From Ylistrum balloti (taxonomy: Eukaryota), in NCBI RefSeq assembly GCF_031769215.1, contig NW_026782609.1, positions 186,001-250,000 of the forward strand: a DNA stretch of 64,000 bases, in the 5' to 3' direction. The notes under the pieces were generated by a model that saw nothing but the letters and a program-made list of their open reading frames with translations, did not search any database and was not told the DNA's origin. This document shows, in pieces, positions 44,728 to 58,740 of this stretch. Every line of letters starts with the position of its first letter. Position 1 is the first letter of the stretch. Both the position numbers and the translations under genes were made by a program.

Positions 44728-46457
44728 AGATGTCTAGTTTCATTTTCGTTAAGTAACGACAAGAATTTGGTAAACAACAGGTAACAAAGATGCAGTCTCA
44801 GTTCTTGAAGAAACCGAGCGCTTATCTATAAATTAAATCGCAACAAAACCGTGATGTCCATTTCTGTACTGTAGGATGGTAATTAAAAGTGGCGACATGG
44901 ATGTCAAAGCAACATAGTAGTATCTCACGTGAAAAAGTGGTCACTTGCTAAACCTTCTCGACCACGTGGAATGTATTGAGTGCATTTGACCCTGGGGGTG
45001 GCACAAATAGTAACCCTTTTCAAAAATTGATATAAACAACCCATAATTAAGAGTAGATTGTAGGTTAACGGGCAGGCTGGAACGGTTTCAGAATTCACTC
45101 TTGTGCTAGGGAAAATGATAATAAATTACAATAGATTAGGATCCTTGGAAAAGGGAGTATTGCATATGTTTTTAATGGTTGTTCTATTGGTACCTCTTGT
45201 TAAAGTATCACCTAATGTCATGAAAAGGGATAGATCAATAGCCATGTGATTATTGATGGTTTTATTTTTTTCTATAAAATTCTTTTAGCCTGGCTGCCTT
45301 TCTTCAATTAAGATGATTTATCTGTGATGTAGTGTGTTTGTCCCAGACTGTTATTCCAAATTAGGACAATCTAGGATTTCATATGCCATGAGTGTATCAT
45401 ACACACCGGGACTCTGAAGGAATTCCCAACTCACAGCTGTTGATTATAGCGACTAGTTCAGATTCCTTGTTGGCTAAGTAGTGTAATAATGCTAGAGACA
45501 AGGTTCAATTTCTGTCAAGGCATCCAGCATGAATGTTTTCTCTGTTCTTTCACTTATGTATCCTCAAAAACCAGAATCCCCAAGGCCACTTTGTGTATCA
45601 TTAGCTACAACAATCTCGACCAGAGTTGTTCCTTCCATTTGACAATATATGTGATGATGGGACATAACCATCAATGTAACACTTTGAGATTGGAGCCTTT
45701 AAGCTTTGTTTTAGAAATCAATGTTCAGTTCTCTTCAGTAAGATTTTAACGTGTCCTTTGAAATTTAAAATGGTTAAAACTTATGTCAGTGACCTGCCCA
45801 ATATGATATAACCAATATAATAAAGTGACTGCACATTCTTAAACTTGTGATTCATTGATAAAATTGTCAATCACATCTGTACTTGCAGGGAGCTCAATTA
45901 GCCAGATTGGAAACCAAATTAAGTGTTGTTTGGTGGATGCAGACAATATTGTTTGGTAAGGGAAGCTTTGAGAATGTTGCATTAATGTAATATAGTCTAA
46001 TTTTATGAAGCATGAAGTGTTATCAACTGCAATGACAAAAAATAAATTAACTATCAGAAGACTCAGAACCCTTCAGACAAGATATCAGGATTCTCATGGC
46101 CATTGTGTGGATCCAATCAATTCAAATCTATATAAGTAATTTATAATACAAAGTTATCAAGAAAACAAGTTTCAGTCTTTTATAAATACAATAGGGATGA
46201 AGATACACCAGAAGAAACAACACTATGAATTCAATATGTAAAATAATAATTTTGATAAAATAAAATAAAATTTTAATAAAAATAATTAAGTGGAATAATT
46301 GAAATAATTGATTTGTTTTCAGTTTCAGCAATATATTAGGGAAGAGCCTGGATTGGAGAGAGAAAAAGGGAGAGCACAACCTAGATTAGTGAGAAAGAGC
46401 ACAGCCTGGATTAGGGAGAGAGCACAGCCTGGATTAAAAAGAGCACAGCCGACAAAG

Positions 46458-49400
46458 ATGAACAATGAACTCTTTACCAAAATAATTGCTCTGCTGAAAA
46501 GAAGAAGTTTTGTACAGCTTGTCAAGGAGGAAGTGTCTGGTACGACCTACAGCTATGGACCAGCTGGCACACTGCTGAGGAGAAACATAGCACAATGTTG
46601 GTCAGTATGACTGACTTTGATAATTCAGTCCTTCGAGCATCTGCCCTTGTGATAGGCATTATGAATGAACAAGTCTTTTTAATGATTCAAAGCATGCAAC
46701 AATTATAACTTTGTGTAAGGATTTAAATATGAACGAGTTCCTTTGGTTTCATATCACATCTCCATAGAAAACAACAATGTACAGTCAAACTTCTATGAAT
46801 GGAACTTTGATGTTTCTCCATGTATCAGATTTTTATTTCTGTTCCTGAATTTCATTTCTATGCGATGTATATTGTAATTGACAATTTCATATTTCATAAT
46901 ACAGATTTGTGAAAGTATTTTTTGGTATAATAGTTTACTAGTAAATGTTAAGTGCAATACTTTACCAGGAGATGTTGTTTTTTACTGATACTACACAGTT
47001 CTAAATGTGCAGTACTGTCTGTATAATACTTCACTTGCAATGTTTTAGTGCATTACTTTACTATTAAGTCACTAATAGGAGTGAGCCCATCACAGAACTG
47101 TCCCAATGATGACTCTCCCTTCAGTCAAAACATGTAACTAACAATGTCATTAAATTTGAATAAAAAATCCTTCTATGTTGGACTCATTCCTATTAATGAT
47201 ATTACCTGGATAATCCCAGTGAGGCCTCATGTTTACAGTCGTATCCACAGAAGGTTTGTCAAGACTGCAATGATTGAGACATTGAGGGACGTTGTGCCTC
47301 CACCTTCTGCAGTATTGCATGTTTTTTTGTCGTGCTTTATTGATAAATATTTTGTTAAATAGTTTACTGATAGTATTCATTGTACAGCTGAACTGGTAAT
47401 TTGTTTATTATTGTAGCAGTGAATGGTAAGTGTATAACTGTACTTGTTTATTGTGATCCCTTATTAATGATTAGTTAAGTCTGTTGACACATTTCAGATT
47501 CTGATTAAAGTCTTGATTTGTTTGTTACAGGTGGGAATGGATGATGACTTGCCAGGAAAACACCTTTCCTGTGGAGAGTACAAACAGCCAAGGTAAATGA
47601 TTACACAATAGGATCTACAGATCAAACTAACAGATAGAAAGATTACCTTCAAATATTGAAAATATTTATTGTTTTCCTTCAGATTCCAGCTGGGACCACT
47701 TCCTGGACATTTCCAAACAGCTGGAGTGGAACCTTCCTTTCTCGATTACCCAGAGTCGCAGCTACATTCACACACCTGCTAGCAGCCACATTGACAAATT
47801 CTTATTTAAGTGAGATTTTACTCCTTCTCCAACTTTACTTTTTTGTAGAATTAGAGATTGATGCTACTGGCAAGATAATCTTTCAATTCCCAAGACACAA
47901 TGCAAGAGACACTTTTTATGAATCACTATCCTTGAGACACCATGAGATAGACACTGCCCATGAAATATTCTTCGTGTGTTCTATCAATGAGACTCTGTCT
48001 GTGAGACACTATCCATGAGACACTAGCCATGAGATTCATGAGACATTATCTATGAAATTCGTAAGACACTAGCCATGAGATTCATGAGACACTATCAATG
48101 AGATTCATGAGACACTATCAATGAGATTCATGAGACACTATTCGTGAGACACCATCCATGACACACTTTCTACGAGACACTATCCACGAGACACTTTCCA
48201 TAAGACGCTTTCTATGAGACACCATCCATGAGACACTTTCCATGAGACACTATCCATGATACACAATCCATGAGACACTATCCATGAGGTACTGTTTAAA
48301 CCCTGAACACTCTGCATTATTGAGAATGTACAACAAAGTACTAACTACACATACTATCCACTGAATACTTCACACAAAAGATATAGTTTCCTCAAATTGA
48401 AATATTGTCTTTAAAACTACTATTATCCATGAATCTTTATATCATTGATAGGATACAATTTTTGAAAATTTGAAGACTGTCTACAAGATATTTCAGAGAT
48501 ACTAAATTCTAAATATTTTCAATAACAAACTGTCTGCAAGAAATGATCCCTCTGCCCCTCAAAGCTGATAAAACCATGATTCTTAGTGTTGTTTAGCTTT
48601 ATTTAAGGTAGTACTTATGTCTCAGTTCCAGCAGGAAGACAAGCCTTGTGATGCAGAATATCTGTTCAGCTACTTCTGTTAATCCTATGTTGGACTCAGC
48701 TATAAGAACACGCCTTAAGTGGTGGAAACAGGTACCTCATTATATACCACCTGAGTATAATGGGATCTATTTTTATATAGATGTATCTGATAGATACTGA
48801 ATTAATTAGTCAATGTCTTTCTTGACAAAGGCTTAAAATACAGCAACAGAAAATATTTTTTATGTGATGATACACCTTCACAGAAATCTCTATCAAATGG
48901 ATGTAGACTTTCTTCTAAAGGGAAATAAAAGAGAAAGTAACAATGACCTGTGTTTTTTACCTCCATCGTTTTTCTCGTATTTATTGTGCATGTCATTTTA
49001 ATGGTAAAATTGTTTAAAATTATACTTTAAAAGCTGTAAAATTGTTGATCACATGTGTGAGGTTAAAGCTGACATTTAAATTGTTGTATTATGTAACTAT
49101 TGTTTTTGTTGTCTGTTTTCACTCACAGAGAAAATAACAGAACAAATTTGCTTCAGTTTTCAGGAAATCCAGCTAAATTTTCAGTGACTGACCTGCAAAA
49201 AACAGAAAGTGGCTATTATGCAAATATTCAGTACACATTTCCTTGGGGTAAGGATGATGTGGAGACAGTAACCAGTCTTGGGGATACACCCTTACAGCCG
49301 TTCAGGGAAACATTATTATCAGAACATCAAGTACGTAAAGCTGTTTATGTGCATGTTCCATACTTTGACATTATTAGCATCAAGCACATGCATGATTGAT

Positions 49401-52400
49401 ATATCAGTAGATCTCTACCATGTTTGTGTGAGGTTGATATAAGATCTCTACCATGTATGTGTTAGGTTGATATAAGATCTATACCACTCTACCATGTATG
49501 TAGGAGGTTGATATAAGATCTGTACCACGCTACCATGTATGTGGTAGGTTGATACAAGATCTGTACCACTCTACCATGTATGTGGGAGGTTGACATAAGA
49601 TCTATTCCACTCTACAATGTATGTGGAAGGTTGATATAAGATCCCTACCACTATACCATGTATGTGGGAGGTTGATATAAGATCCCTACCACTCTACAAT
49701 GTATGTGGAAGGTTGATATAAGATCCCTACCACTCTACAATGTATGTGGAAGGTTGATATAAGATCTCTACCACTCTACCATGTATGTGGGAGGTTGATA
49801 TAAGATCTCTACCACTCTACCATGTATGTGGGAGGTTGATATAAGATCTCTACCACTCTACCATGTATGTGGGAGGTTGATATAAGATCTCTACCACTCT
49901 ACCATGTATGTGGGAGGTTGATATAAGATCCCTACCACTCTACAATGTATGTGGGAGGTTGATATAAGATCCCTACCACTCTACAATGTATGTGGGAGGT
50001 TGATATAAGATCTCTACCACTCTACCATGTATGTGGGAGGTTGATATAAGATCTCTACCACTCTACCATGTATGTGGGAGGTTGATATAAGATCTCTACC
50101 ACTCTACCATGTATGTGGGAGGTTGATATAAGATCCCTACCACTCTACAATGTATGTGGGAGGTTGATATAAGATCTCTACCACTCTACCATGTATGTGG
50201 GAGGTTGATATAAGATCTCTACCACTCTACAATGTATGTGGGAGGTTGATATAAGATCTCTACCACTCTACCATGTATGTGGGAGGTTGATATAAGATCT
50301 CTACCACTCTACCATGTATGTGGGAGGTTGATATCTCTACCACTCTACCATGTATGTGGGAGGTTGATATAAGATCCCTACCACTCTACAATGTATGTGG
50401 GAGGTTGATGTATGTATAAGATCTCTACCACTCTACAATGTATGTGGGAGGTTGATATAAGATCCTACCACTCTACAATGTATGTGGGAGGTTGATATAA
50501 GATCTCTACCACTCTACAATGTATGTGGGAGGTTGATATAAGATCTCTACCACTCTACAATGTATGTGGGAGGTTGATATAAGATCTCTACCACTCTACC
50601 ATGTATGTGGGAGGTTGATATAAGATCTCTACCACTCTACCATGTATGTGGGAGGTTGACATAAGATCTCTACCACTCTACCATGTATGTGGGAGGTTGA
50701 CATAAGATCTCTACCACTCTACCATGTATGTGGGAGGTTGACATAAAATCCCTACCACTCTACCATGTATGTGGGAGGTTGATATAAGATCCCTACCACT
50801 CTACAATGTATGTGGTAGGTTGATATAAGATCCCTACCACTCTACAATGTATGTGGGAGGTTGATATAAGATCTCTACCACTCTACCATGTATGTGGGAG
50901 GTTGATATAAGATCTCTACCACTCTACCATGTATGTGGGAGGTTGATATAAGATCTCTACCACTCTACCATGTATGTGGGAGGTTGATATAAGATCTCTA
51001 CCACTCTACCATGTATGTGGGAGGTTGATATAAGATCCCTACCACTCTACAATGTATGTGGGAGGTTGATATAAGATCCCTACCACTCTACAATGTATGT
51101 GGGAGGTTGATATAAGATCTCTACCACTCTACCATGTATGTGGGAGGTTGATATAAGATCTCTACCACTCTACCATGTATGTGGGAGGTTGATATAAGAT
51201 CTCTACCACTCTACCATGTATGTGGGAGGTTGATATAAGATCCCTACCACTCTACAATGTATGTGGGAGGTTGATATAAGATCTCTACCACTCTACCATG
51301 TATGTGGGAGGTTGATATAAGATCTCTACCACTCTACAATGTATGTGGGAGGTTGATATAAGATCCCTACCACTCTACCATGTATGTGGGAGGTTGATAT
51401 AAGATCTCTACCACTCTACCATGTATGTGGGAGGTTGATATAAGATCCCTACCACTCTACAATGTATGTGGGAGGTTGATATAAGATCCCTACCACTCTA
51501 CCATGTATGTGGGAGGTTGATATAAGATCTCTACCACTCTACAATGTATGTGGGAGGTTGATATAAGATCTCTACCACTCTACAATGTATGTGGGAGGTT
51601 GATATAAGATCTCTACCACTCTACCATGTATGTGGGAGGTTGATATAAGATCCCTACCACTCTACAATGTATGTGGGAGGTTGATATAAGATCTCTACCA
51701 CTCTACAATGTATGTGGGAGGTTGATATAAAGATGATAGACACTTGTCAAGATGTATTAAATCTTGATATCTACAGTTTGTCAATGGTAAGAAGAAGAGT
51801 CTGCCTTGTGTGATTGAGTGTAATGCAGTTCTGGAGCAAGGGTTCCTGGCATTTTTGTTGGATGCTTATCCGGCTTACCATGGACCGTCAAACAATAACA
51901 CCAAGGAATATGCGGTGAGTTGGATCCGCAGACATTTCAAGTCATTTCTCATTATTGAAGGTAAGATCAATGTCATGTGGATCAGCATTTTTTTTACATC
52001 ACCTGAGACAACGTCTCATGGTGACCTATTACAATTGCCTTTTGTCAGGCATCGTGTGTGGTAAACTTGTAGACTTGTAGACTTCTTCTGGACAGACTCC
52101 TGAACCGATTTCAATGAAATTTTGCAGAAACTTTCCTTGGCAAATGTTGCACCAAAAGTTTAAATCAAATGGTCCCTACTCCCAAGGAGATATGAGGGGA
52201 GGGGTTAAAATGGTAAATTGTTTGAAACTTTAATAATCTTCTTCTCAAAACCCAGGTATAATAGAATCAAAGAACTTAGTGAATGAATGACCTTGACCAG
52301 CTTTCAAGGTTATAGGAGTCATATGTGTTGAAATCTTTAAACATAAACAGCTTCTTTTCAATAACCAAAAGGCCCAGGGTGCTGATATTGGGCCTGTAAC

Positions 52401-55216
52401 ATGCTGGGATGAAGGGCTATTGGGTTTATTAATGTGATTGACCTTGAACCACTTTCAAGGTATCTTGTTTATACCTGTATAAATTTGATGGACAGCGATT
52501 GTTGTTTTGGATTACTTGTACTTTCACAGAAACAGTATTTTTAGCCTACAGATGGCAATCTGGGATTTTCATAGATCATAAATACTGGATGGATGATTCA
52601 TATTTCATATGTAGGTCCCCGTTTGTCCCTGTGCTTTGTCTATTTTTGGGACAAATCGGAAAATCACATGCCAACAGTAACTGTTAGAGCTATTTCTTAA
52701 GAAGTCCAAAAGAATCATTCTGAAATTTCGTATGTGTTCCTTGGTCTCCAATTGTGTACTGGCCATTTTTGAAGTGATTTAAAAAACAAAATAGCAAACA
52801 GGCAGCCATCTTGGATTTTGACATTTACAGTTTGTCACTAATTGTGGGAATGTGTTGGAGATATCACTCTCAAACTTCCTATCTAGGTTTCTCTTTGTCT
52901 CCAGTTGTGCATTTTGGGACTAATGGTATAAAATGTTTCTTAAGAAATATAACAGGGATCTTGTTTAAATTTCTTATACAGGTTCCCCATGGTCAATTGT
53001 ATTAGTTGTGTATTGTCAATTTTAGGATTGATGATGAAGACGCCTTTGTGTAGTGATCAATTCACCTGTCACTACAATTAATATTAGTAATAAATAAGAG
53101 AAAAGAAGGGAAAAGATCCTACTTACAGAATACCAATAAATATCATACAGTAATGAATGCCCAGATCCCACTGGGAGCTCGTCTGTAACTGGAAACTGAA
53201 ACTTTGAACAAGCCCCTACTGTGATGACATCTATTTACAGAGTGCTATGTATACTGTTCTTATCATCCATGTCCAACCGTCACAGACATGACAAAGGCAG
53301 TTTGATAAAATTGATGTTCTGAGATATCTTACTCATGACTTTCTCCTTCTAGTGTTTGCAACTGAACCCTAGACTCACGCCTTATAAGATGGCCGTCTGT
53401 TACCAAGGTGACAAGTCCATGGTACTTCAACAGCTAGCTGCTAACATTGGAAAAAATCTGAGACAGGCTGGAATAATTACACTGAACCAGGTGTCTAACT
53501 CTTCACTTGAGAAGAGGATATCACAGTAAGTCGTGGCTAAATATCTATGCTAAAGCAAGCTTTAGGACATAACATCTATCTCATGCCTGGTTGTTTTGTT
53601 GTATAACGTTGTTTAAACCCACATGATGTCAGGTGGATAGTAATATACATAATGTAATGTCTAGTAAATTATTAAGTGTCCAGTTCCAACTAAAACCATG
53701 TTGTATCTTATTTGGAGTAATATAACAGAAATGATGAGATGAGTGTGTTTTGTTTCAGGAATGATGAGATGGGTATACCTTACACGGCTATACTACATGA
53801 CAGTGTGTTAGAAGCTGGTGTGGTAGAGGTTCGCAGTCGGGACACTACCATCAAGGTAACATTCACCTGTGTGTTTTATCTTGTTTTTGTTTTGTTCTGT
53901 GTTAGAACTAAATAAGGTAATTGCTCACTTCCTGAAATTAGCATGTCTGTTTGTCCCTCTGTGTGCCATCTGACCACTCAATGGATGGACATATAGAATA
54001 CACACATTTGATGCAAGCTACATGGTTTAAAACTTCCAAGGAATCAAAGGTCACGGATGCATTGCAGTTATGAATGGCAGAGTATGTCAGAAACAGGAGA
54101 CATATCTTACAGGCCTATATTTTGATTTTGATGAAACTTTGCACACAAGTTATACTGACATGTTCTTGTCTCTCCATACAATCTATTGAAAGTAACGATG
54201 AAAGTTTTGTTAACACATGTATTATGTAAATTAGATTATAGGCATTGAAATAAGCTATACCTCTTACAACCTTAAGATTCAAACGTATTGGATGCGTTAC
54301 AGTGATGAAATGGCAAATAATCTCAGAACTGGAAGGTATTTCATAATAATGCATTAGAGAATTATAGGCATTGATGCCAGGTAACCAAAGGTCAAAGGTT
54401 CAGCAAAGTCCTGAAATTGCCATTTATCTCAGAAAAAATTTGTATACAACAATACATAAGAGTATTGTAGGCATTGATCTTAAGTACATAGTGACAAAGT
54501 GTAATAAGTGTTGTGTAGTCAAAGGTCAAAGGTCAAAGGTCCTGTATCCATTACAATCCTTCAGTAAAAGCAAATCATTACTCCCAGTACTACTATCTCT
54601 GATTTTGTTAGTTTACCTCGTCACATTGCCTGGTGTTATGTGACATCAGTTTCTCCTGACAGTAGTCAAATCTATAGGTAATGTTCAATAATATTAAATG
54701 TAATATTAGGTAATGTTCAGTAATATTAAATGTAATATTAGGTAATGTTCAGTAATATTAGGTAATGTTCAGCAATATTAGGTAATGTTCAGTAATATTA
54801 GGTAAAGTTCAGTAATATTAGGTAATGTTCAGTAATATTAGGTAAAGTTCAGTAATATTAGGTAACGTTCAGTAATATTAGGTAAAGTTCAGTAATATTT
54901 GGTAAAGTTCAGTAATATTAGGTAATGTTTAGTAATATTTTACTCCAAGTAGAACAATACCAGAGAATCTGAGGTTGAATTTAACCTGTTGTTCAAGAGC
55001 CAGATTGAGTTAAACCAAAAATACAATGTAAATCAACATGTATCACCTGTTGTGTTACAGTCAATACAGGTTGCACCTCCTGACATGTCTGCTATCAAAC
55101 CAGTTCCATTTCTGTTCTTTTTTTCCCCATTTTTCCTTAATCTTTATTTCCAGGAACAAATTCATATCTCTCAGTTGGCAGAATTTGTGCAAAAGCGTGT
55201 GGCTGCATCAAGCTGA
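46458..55216 (+). CDS. POLG2: Mitochondrial DNA polymerase gamma accessory subunit (class IIa aaRS-like fold), about 360 aa from ATG 46458
   Basis: Exons 46458-46600, 47531-47592, 47683-47809, 48626-48731, 49157-49330, 51777-51914, 53353-53525, 53759-53855 and 55154-55216 join in frame (1083 nt). Motifs: YGPAGTLLRRNIAQCWW, RLKWWKQF, QYTFPWGKDDVETV, FLLDAY, LQLNPRLTPYK, DEMGIPYT, VRSRDTTIKEQIHISQL. Start codon uncertain. Confidence 0.9.
47990..48290. repeat. Degenerate ~15-24-bp tandem repeat in a POLG2 intron
   Basis: catgagacactatc variants. Confidence 0.9.
49410..51730. repeat. 41-bp minisatellite in a POLG2 intron, about 56 copies
   Basis: Unit gttgatataagatctctaccactctaccatgtatgtgggag. 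Confidence 0.97.
52090..52400 (+). mobile_element. Dispersed repeat fragment related to 15830-16110
   Basis: Same two shared motifs, plus gaccttgacc...tcaagg segments. Confidence 0.6.
54670..54940. repeat. 20-bp tandem repeat
   Basis: Unit taggtaatgttcagtaatat. Confidence 0.94.
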
Positions 55217-55399
55217 TGGAATCTTTGGGTAAACGTTAACATCATGGTAGACACGGATGTTTGTCAGAGATTACTGTGAAAGATGCACCAGAAATTCTCA
55301 CAAATTTGTACAACATTTACTGAAAGAAGGAGTTTGTGTTTTCCTGCAAGATTTAAGAGATCATCAAAGAAACGATGGAAAACCGTACTAATGATGTAC

Positions 55400-57650
55400 A
55401 ACAATGTAACAGATGTGTAATCTTACTAGAGGTGTACAACACTGTAACAGATGTGTAATCTTACTAGAGGTGTACAACACTGTAACAGATGTGTAATCTT
55501 ACTAGAGGTGTACAACACTGTAACAGATGTGTAATCTTGCTTAAAGTGTACAAGGGAACTGGTAGACATGCTGTGTAACAGATGTGAAATCTTGCTTGAG
55601 GTGTACAACACTGTAACAGATGTGTAATCTTACTAGAGGTGTACAACACTGTAACAGATGTGAAATATTGCTAGAGGTGTACAACACTGTAACAGATGTG
55701 TAATCTTACTAGTAATGTACAACACTGTAACAGATGTGTAATCTTGCTTAAAGTGTACAAGGGAACTGGTAGACATGCTGTGTAACAGATGTGAAATCTT
55801 GCTTGAGGTGTACAACACTGTAACAGATGTGTAATCTTACTAGAGGTGTACAACACTGTAACAGATGTGTAATCTTGCTAGAGGTGTACAACACTGTAAC
55901 AGATGTGTAATCTTGCTTGAGGTGTACAAGGGAACTGGTAGACATGCTGTGTTACAGATGTGTAATCTTACTAGAGGTGTACAACACTGTAACAGATGTG
56001 TAATCTTACTAGAGGTGTACAACACTGTAACAGATGTGTAATCTTTCTAGTGGTGTACAACACTGTAACAGATGTGTAATCTTACTGTGTGTAACAGATG
56101 TGTAATCTTGCTTGTGGTGTACAAGGGAACTGGTAACATGCTGTGTAACAGATGTGTAATCTTACTTGAGGTGACTGTGATGTGAAATCTTGCTTGAGGT
56201 GTACAACACTGTAACAGATGTGTAATCTTACTAGAGGTGTACAACACTGTAACAGATGTGTAATCTTGCTTGAGGTGTACAAGGGAACTGGTAGGCATGC
56301 TGTGTTACAGATGTGTAATCTTGCTTGTGGTGTACAAGGGAACTGGTAGGCATGCTGTGTTACAGATGTGTAATGTTACAGATGTGTAATCTTGCTTGAG
56401 GTGTACAAGGGAACTGGTAGGCATGCTGTGTTACAGATGTGTAATCTTGCTTGAGGTGTACAAGGGAACTGGTAGGCATGCTGTGTTACAGATGTGTAAT
56501 CTTGCTTGAGGTGTACAAGGGAACTGGTAGGCATGCTGTGTTACAGATGTGTAATCTTGCTTGAGGTGTACAAGGGAACTGGTAGACATGCTGTGTTACA
56601 GATGTGTAATCTTGCTTGAGGTGTACAAGGGAACTGGTAGACATGCTGTGTTACAGATGTGTAATCTTGCTTGAGGTGTACAAGGGAACTGGTAGACATG
56701 CTGTGTTACAGATGTGTAATCTTGCTTGAGGTGTACAAGGGAACTGGTAGACATGCTGTGTTACAGATGTGTAATCTTGCTTGAGGTGTACAAGGGAACT
56801 GGTAGACATGCTGTGTTACAGATGTGTAATCTTGCTTGAGGTGTACAAGGGAACTGGTAGACATGCTGTGTTACAGATGTGTAATCTTGCTTGAGGTGTA
56901 CAAGGGAACTGGTAGACATGCTGTGTTACAGATGTGTAATCTTGCTTGAGGTGTACAAGGGAACTGGTAGACATGCTGTGTTACAGATGTGTAATCTTGC
57001 TTGAGGTGTACAAGGGAACTGGTAGACATGCTGTGTTACAGATGTGTAATCTTGCTTGAGGTGTACAAGGGAACTGGTAGACATGCTGTGTTACAGATGT
57101 GTAATCTTGCTTGAGGTGTACAAGGGAACTGGTAGACATGCTGTGTTACAGATGTGTAATCTTGCTTGAGGTGTACAAGGGAACTGGTAGACATGCTGTG
57201 TTACAGATGTGTAATCTTGCTTGAGGTGTACAAGGGAACTGGTAGACATGCTGTGTTACAGATGTGTAATCTTGCTTGAGGTGTACAAGGGAACTGGTAG
57301 ACATGCTGTGTTACAGATGTGTAATCTTGCTTGAGGTGTACAAGGGAACTGGTAGACATGCTGTGTTACAGATGTGTAATCTTGCTTGAGGTGTACAAGG
57401 GAACTGGTAGACATGCTGTGTTACAGATGTGTAATCTTGCTTGAGGTGTACAAGGGAACTGGTAGACATGCTGTGTTACAGATGTGTAATCTTGCTTGAG
57501 GTGTACAAGGGAACTGGTAGACATGCTGTGTTACAGATGTGTAATCTTGCTTGAGGTGTACAAGGGAACTGGTAGACATGCTGTGTTACAGATGTGTAAT
57601 CTTGCTTGAGGTGTACAAGGGAACTGGTAGACATGCTGTGTTACAGTGTA
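55400..57650. repeat. Compound satellite of 38-bp and 55-bp units downstream of the POLG2 stop
   Basis: 38-mer cactgtaacagatgtgtaatcttactagaggtgtacaa mixed with the 55-mer gtgtacaagggaactggtagacatgctgtgttacagatgtgtaatcttgcttgag; pure 55-mer from about 56390. Confidence 0.97.
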
Positions 57651-58740
57651 TAACCTTAGTGTGTTCAGTTGTACCAAGTGTGTTCAGTTATTACTTTAGT
57701 GTGTGTTACAGATGTGTTCAGTTATTACCTTAGTGTAAGTTTACCTTAGTGTGTTCACTGGTAGACATGTGTGTTACAGTAGTGTGTTCAGTTATTACCT
57801 TAGCGTGTTCAGTTATTACTTTAGTGTGTTGTATGTGTTCAAGTGTGTTATTATTACTTTAGTGTGTTCAGTTAGTGTGTTCAGTTATTATGTGTTCAGT
57901 TATTACTTTAGTGTGTTCAGTTATTACCTATGTGTCCTATGTGTTCAGTTATAACCTTAGTGTGTTCAGTTATTACCTTAGTGTGTTCAGTTATTACTTT
58001 AGTGTGTTCAGTTATAACCTTAGTGTGTTCAGTTATTACCTTAGTGTGTTCAGTTATTACCTTAGTGTGTTCAGTTATTACCTATGTGTCAAGTGTGTTC
58101 AATTATTACCTTAGTGTGTTCAGTTATTACCTTAGTGTGTTCAGTTATTACTTTAGTGTGTTCAGTTATTACCTTAGTGTGTTCAGTTATTACCTTAGCG
58201 TGTTCAGTTATTACTTTAGTGTGTTCAGTTATTACCTTAGCGTGTTCAGTTATTACTTTAGTGTGTTCAGTTATAACCTTGGTGTGTTCAGTTATTACCT
58301 TAGTGTGTTCAGTTATTACCTTAGCGTGTTCAGTTATTACTTTAGTGTGTTCAGTTATTACCTTAGCGTGTTCAGTTATTACTTTAGTGTGTTCAGTTAT
58401 AACCTTGGTGTGTTCAGTTATTACCTATGTGTCAAGTGTGTTCAATTATTACCTTAGTGTGTTCAATTATTACCTTAGTGTGTTCAGTTATTACTTTAGT
58501 GTGTTCAGTTATTACCTTAGTGTGTTCAGTTATTACTTTAGTGTGTTCAGTTATAACCTTAGTGTGTTCAGTTATTACCTTAGTGTGTTCAGTTATAACC
58601 TTAGTGTGTTCAGTTATTACCTTAGCGTGTTCAGTTATTACTTTAGTGTGTTCAGTTATAACCTTAGTGTGTTCAGTTATAACCTTAGTGTGTTCAGTTA
58701 TAACCTTAGTGTGTTCAGTTATAACCTTAGTGTGTTCAGT
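57650..58740. repeat. 21-bp minisatellite
   Basis: Unit ttagtgtgttcagttattacc. Confidence 0.96.
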
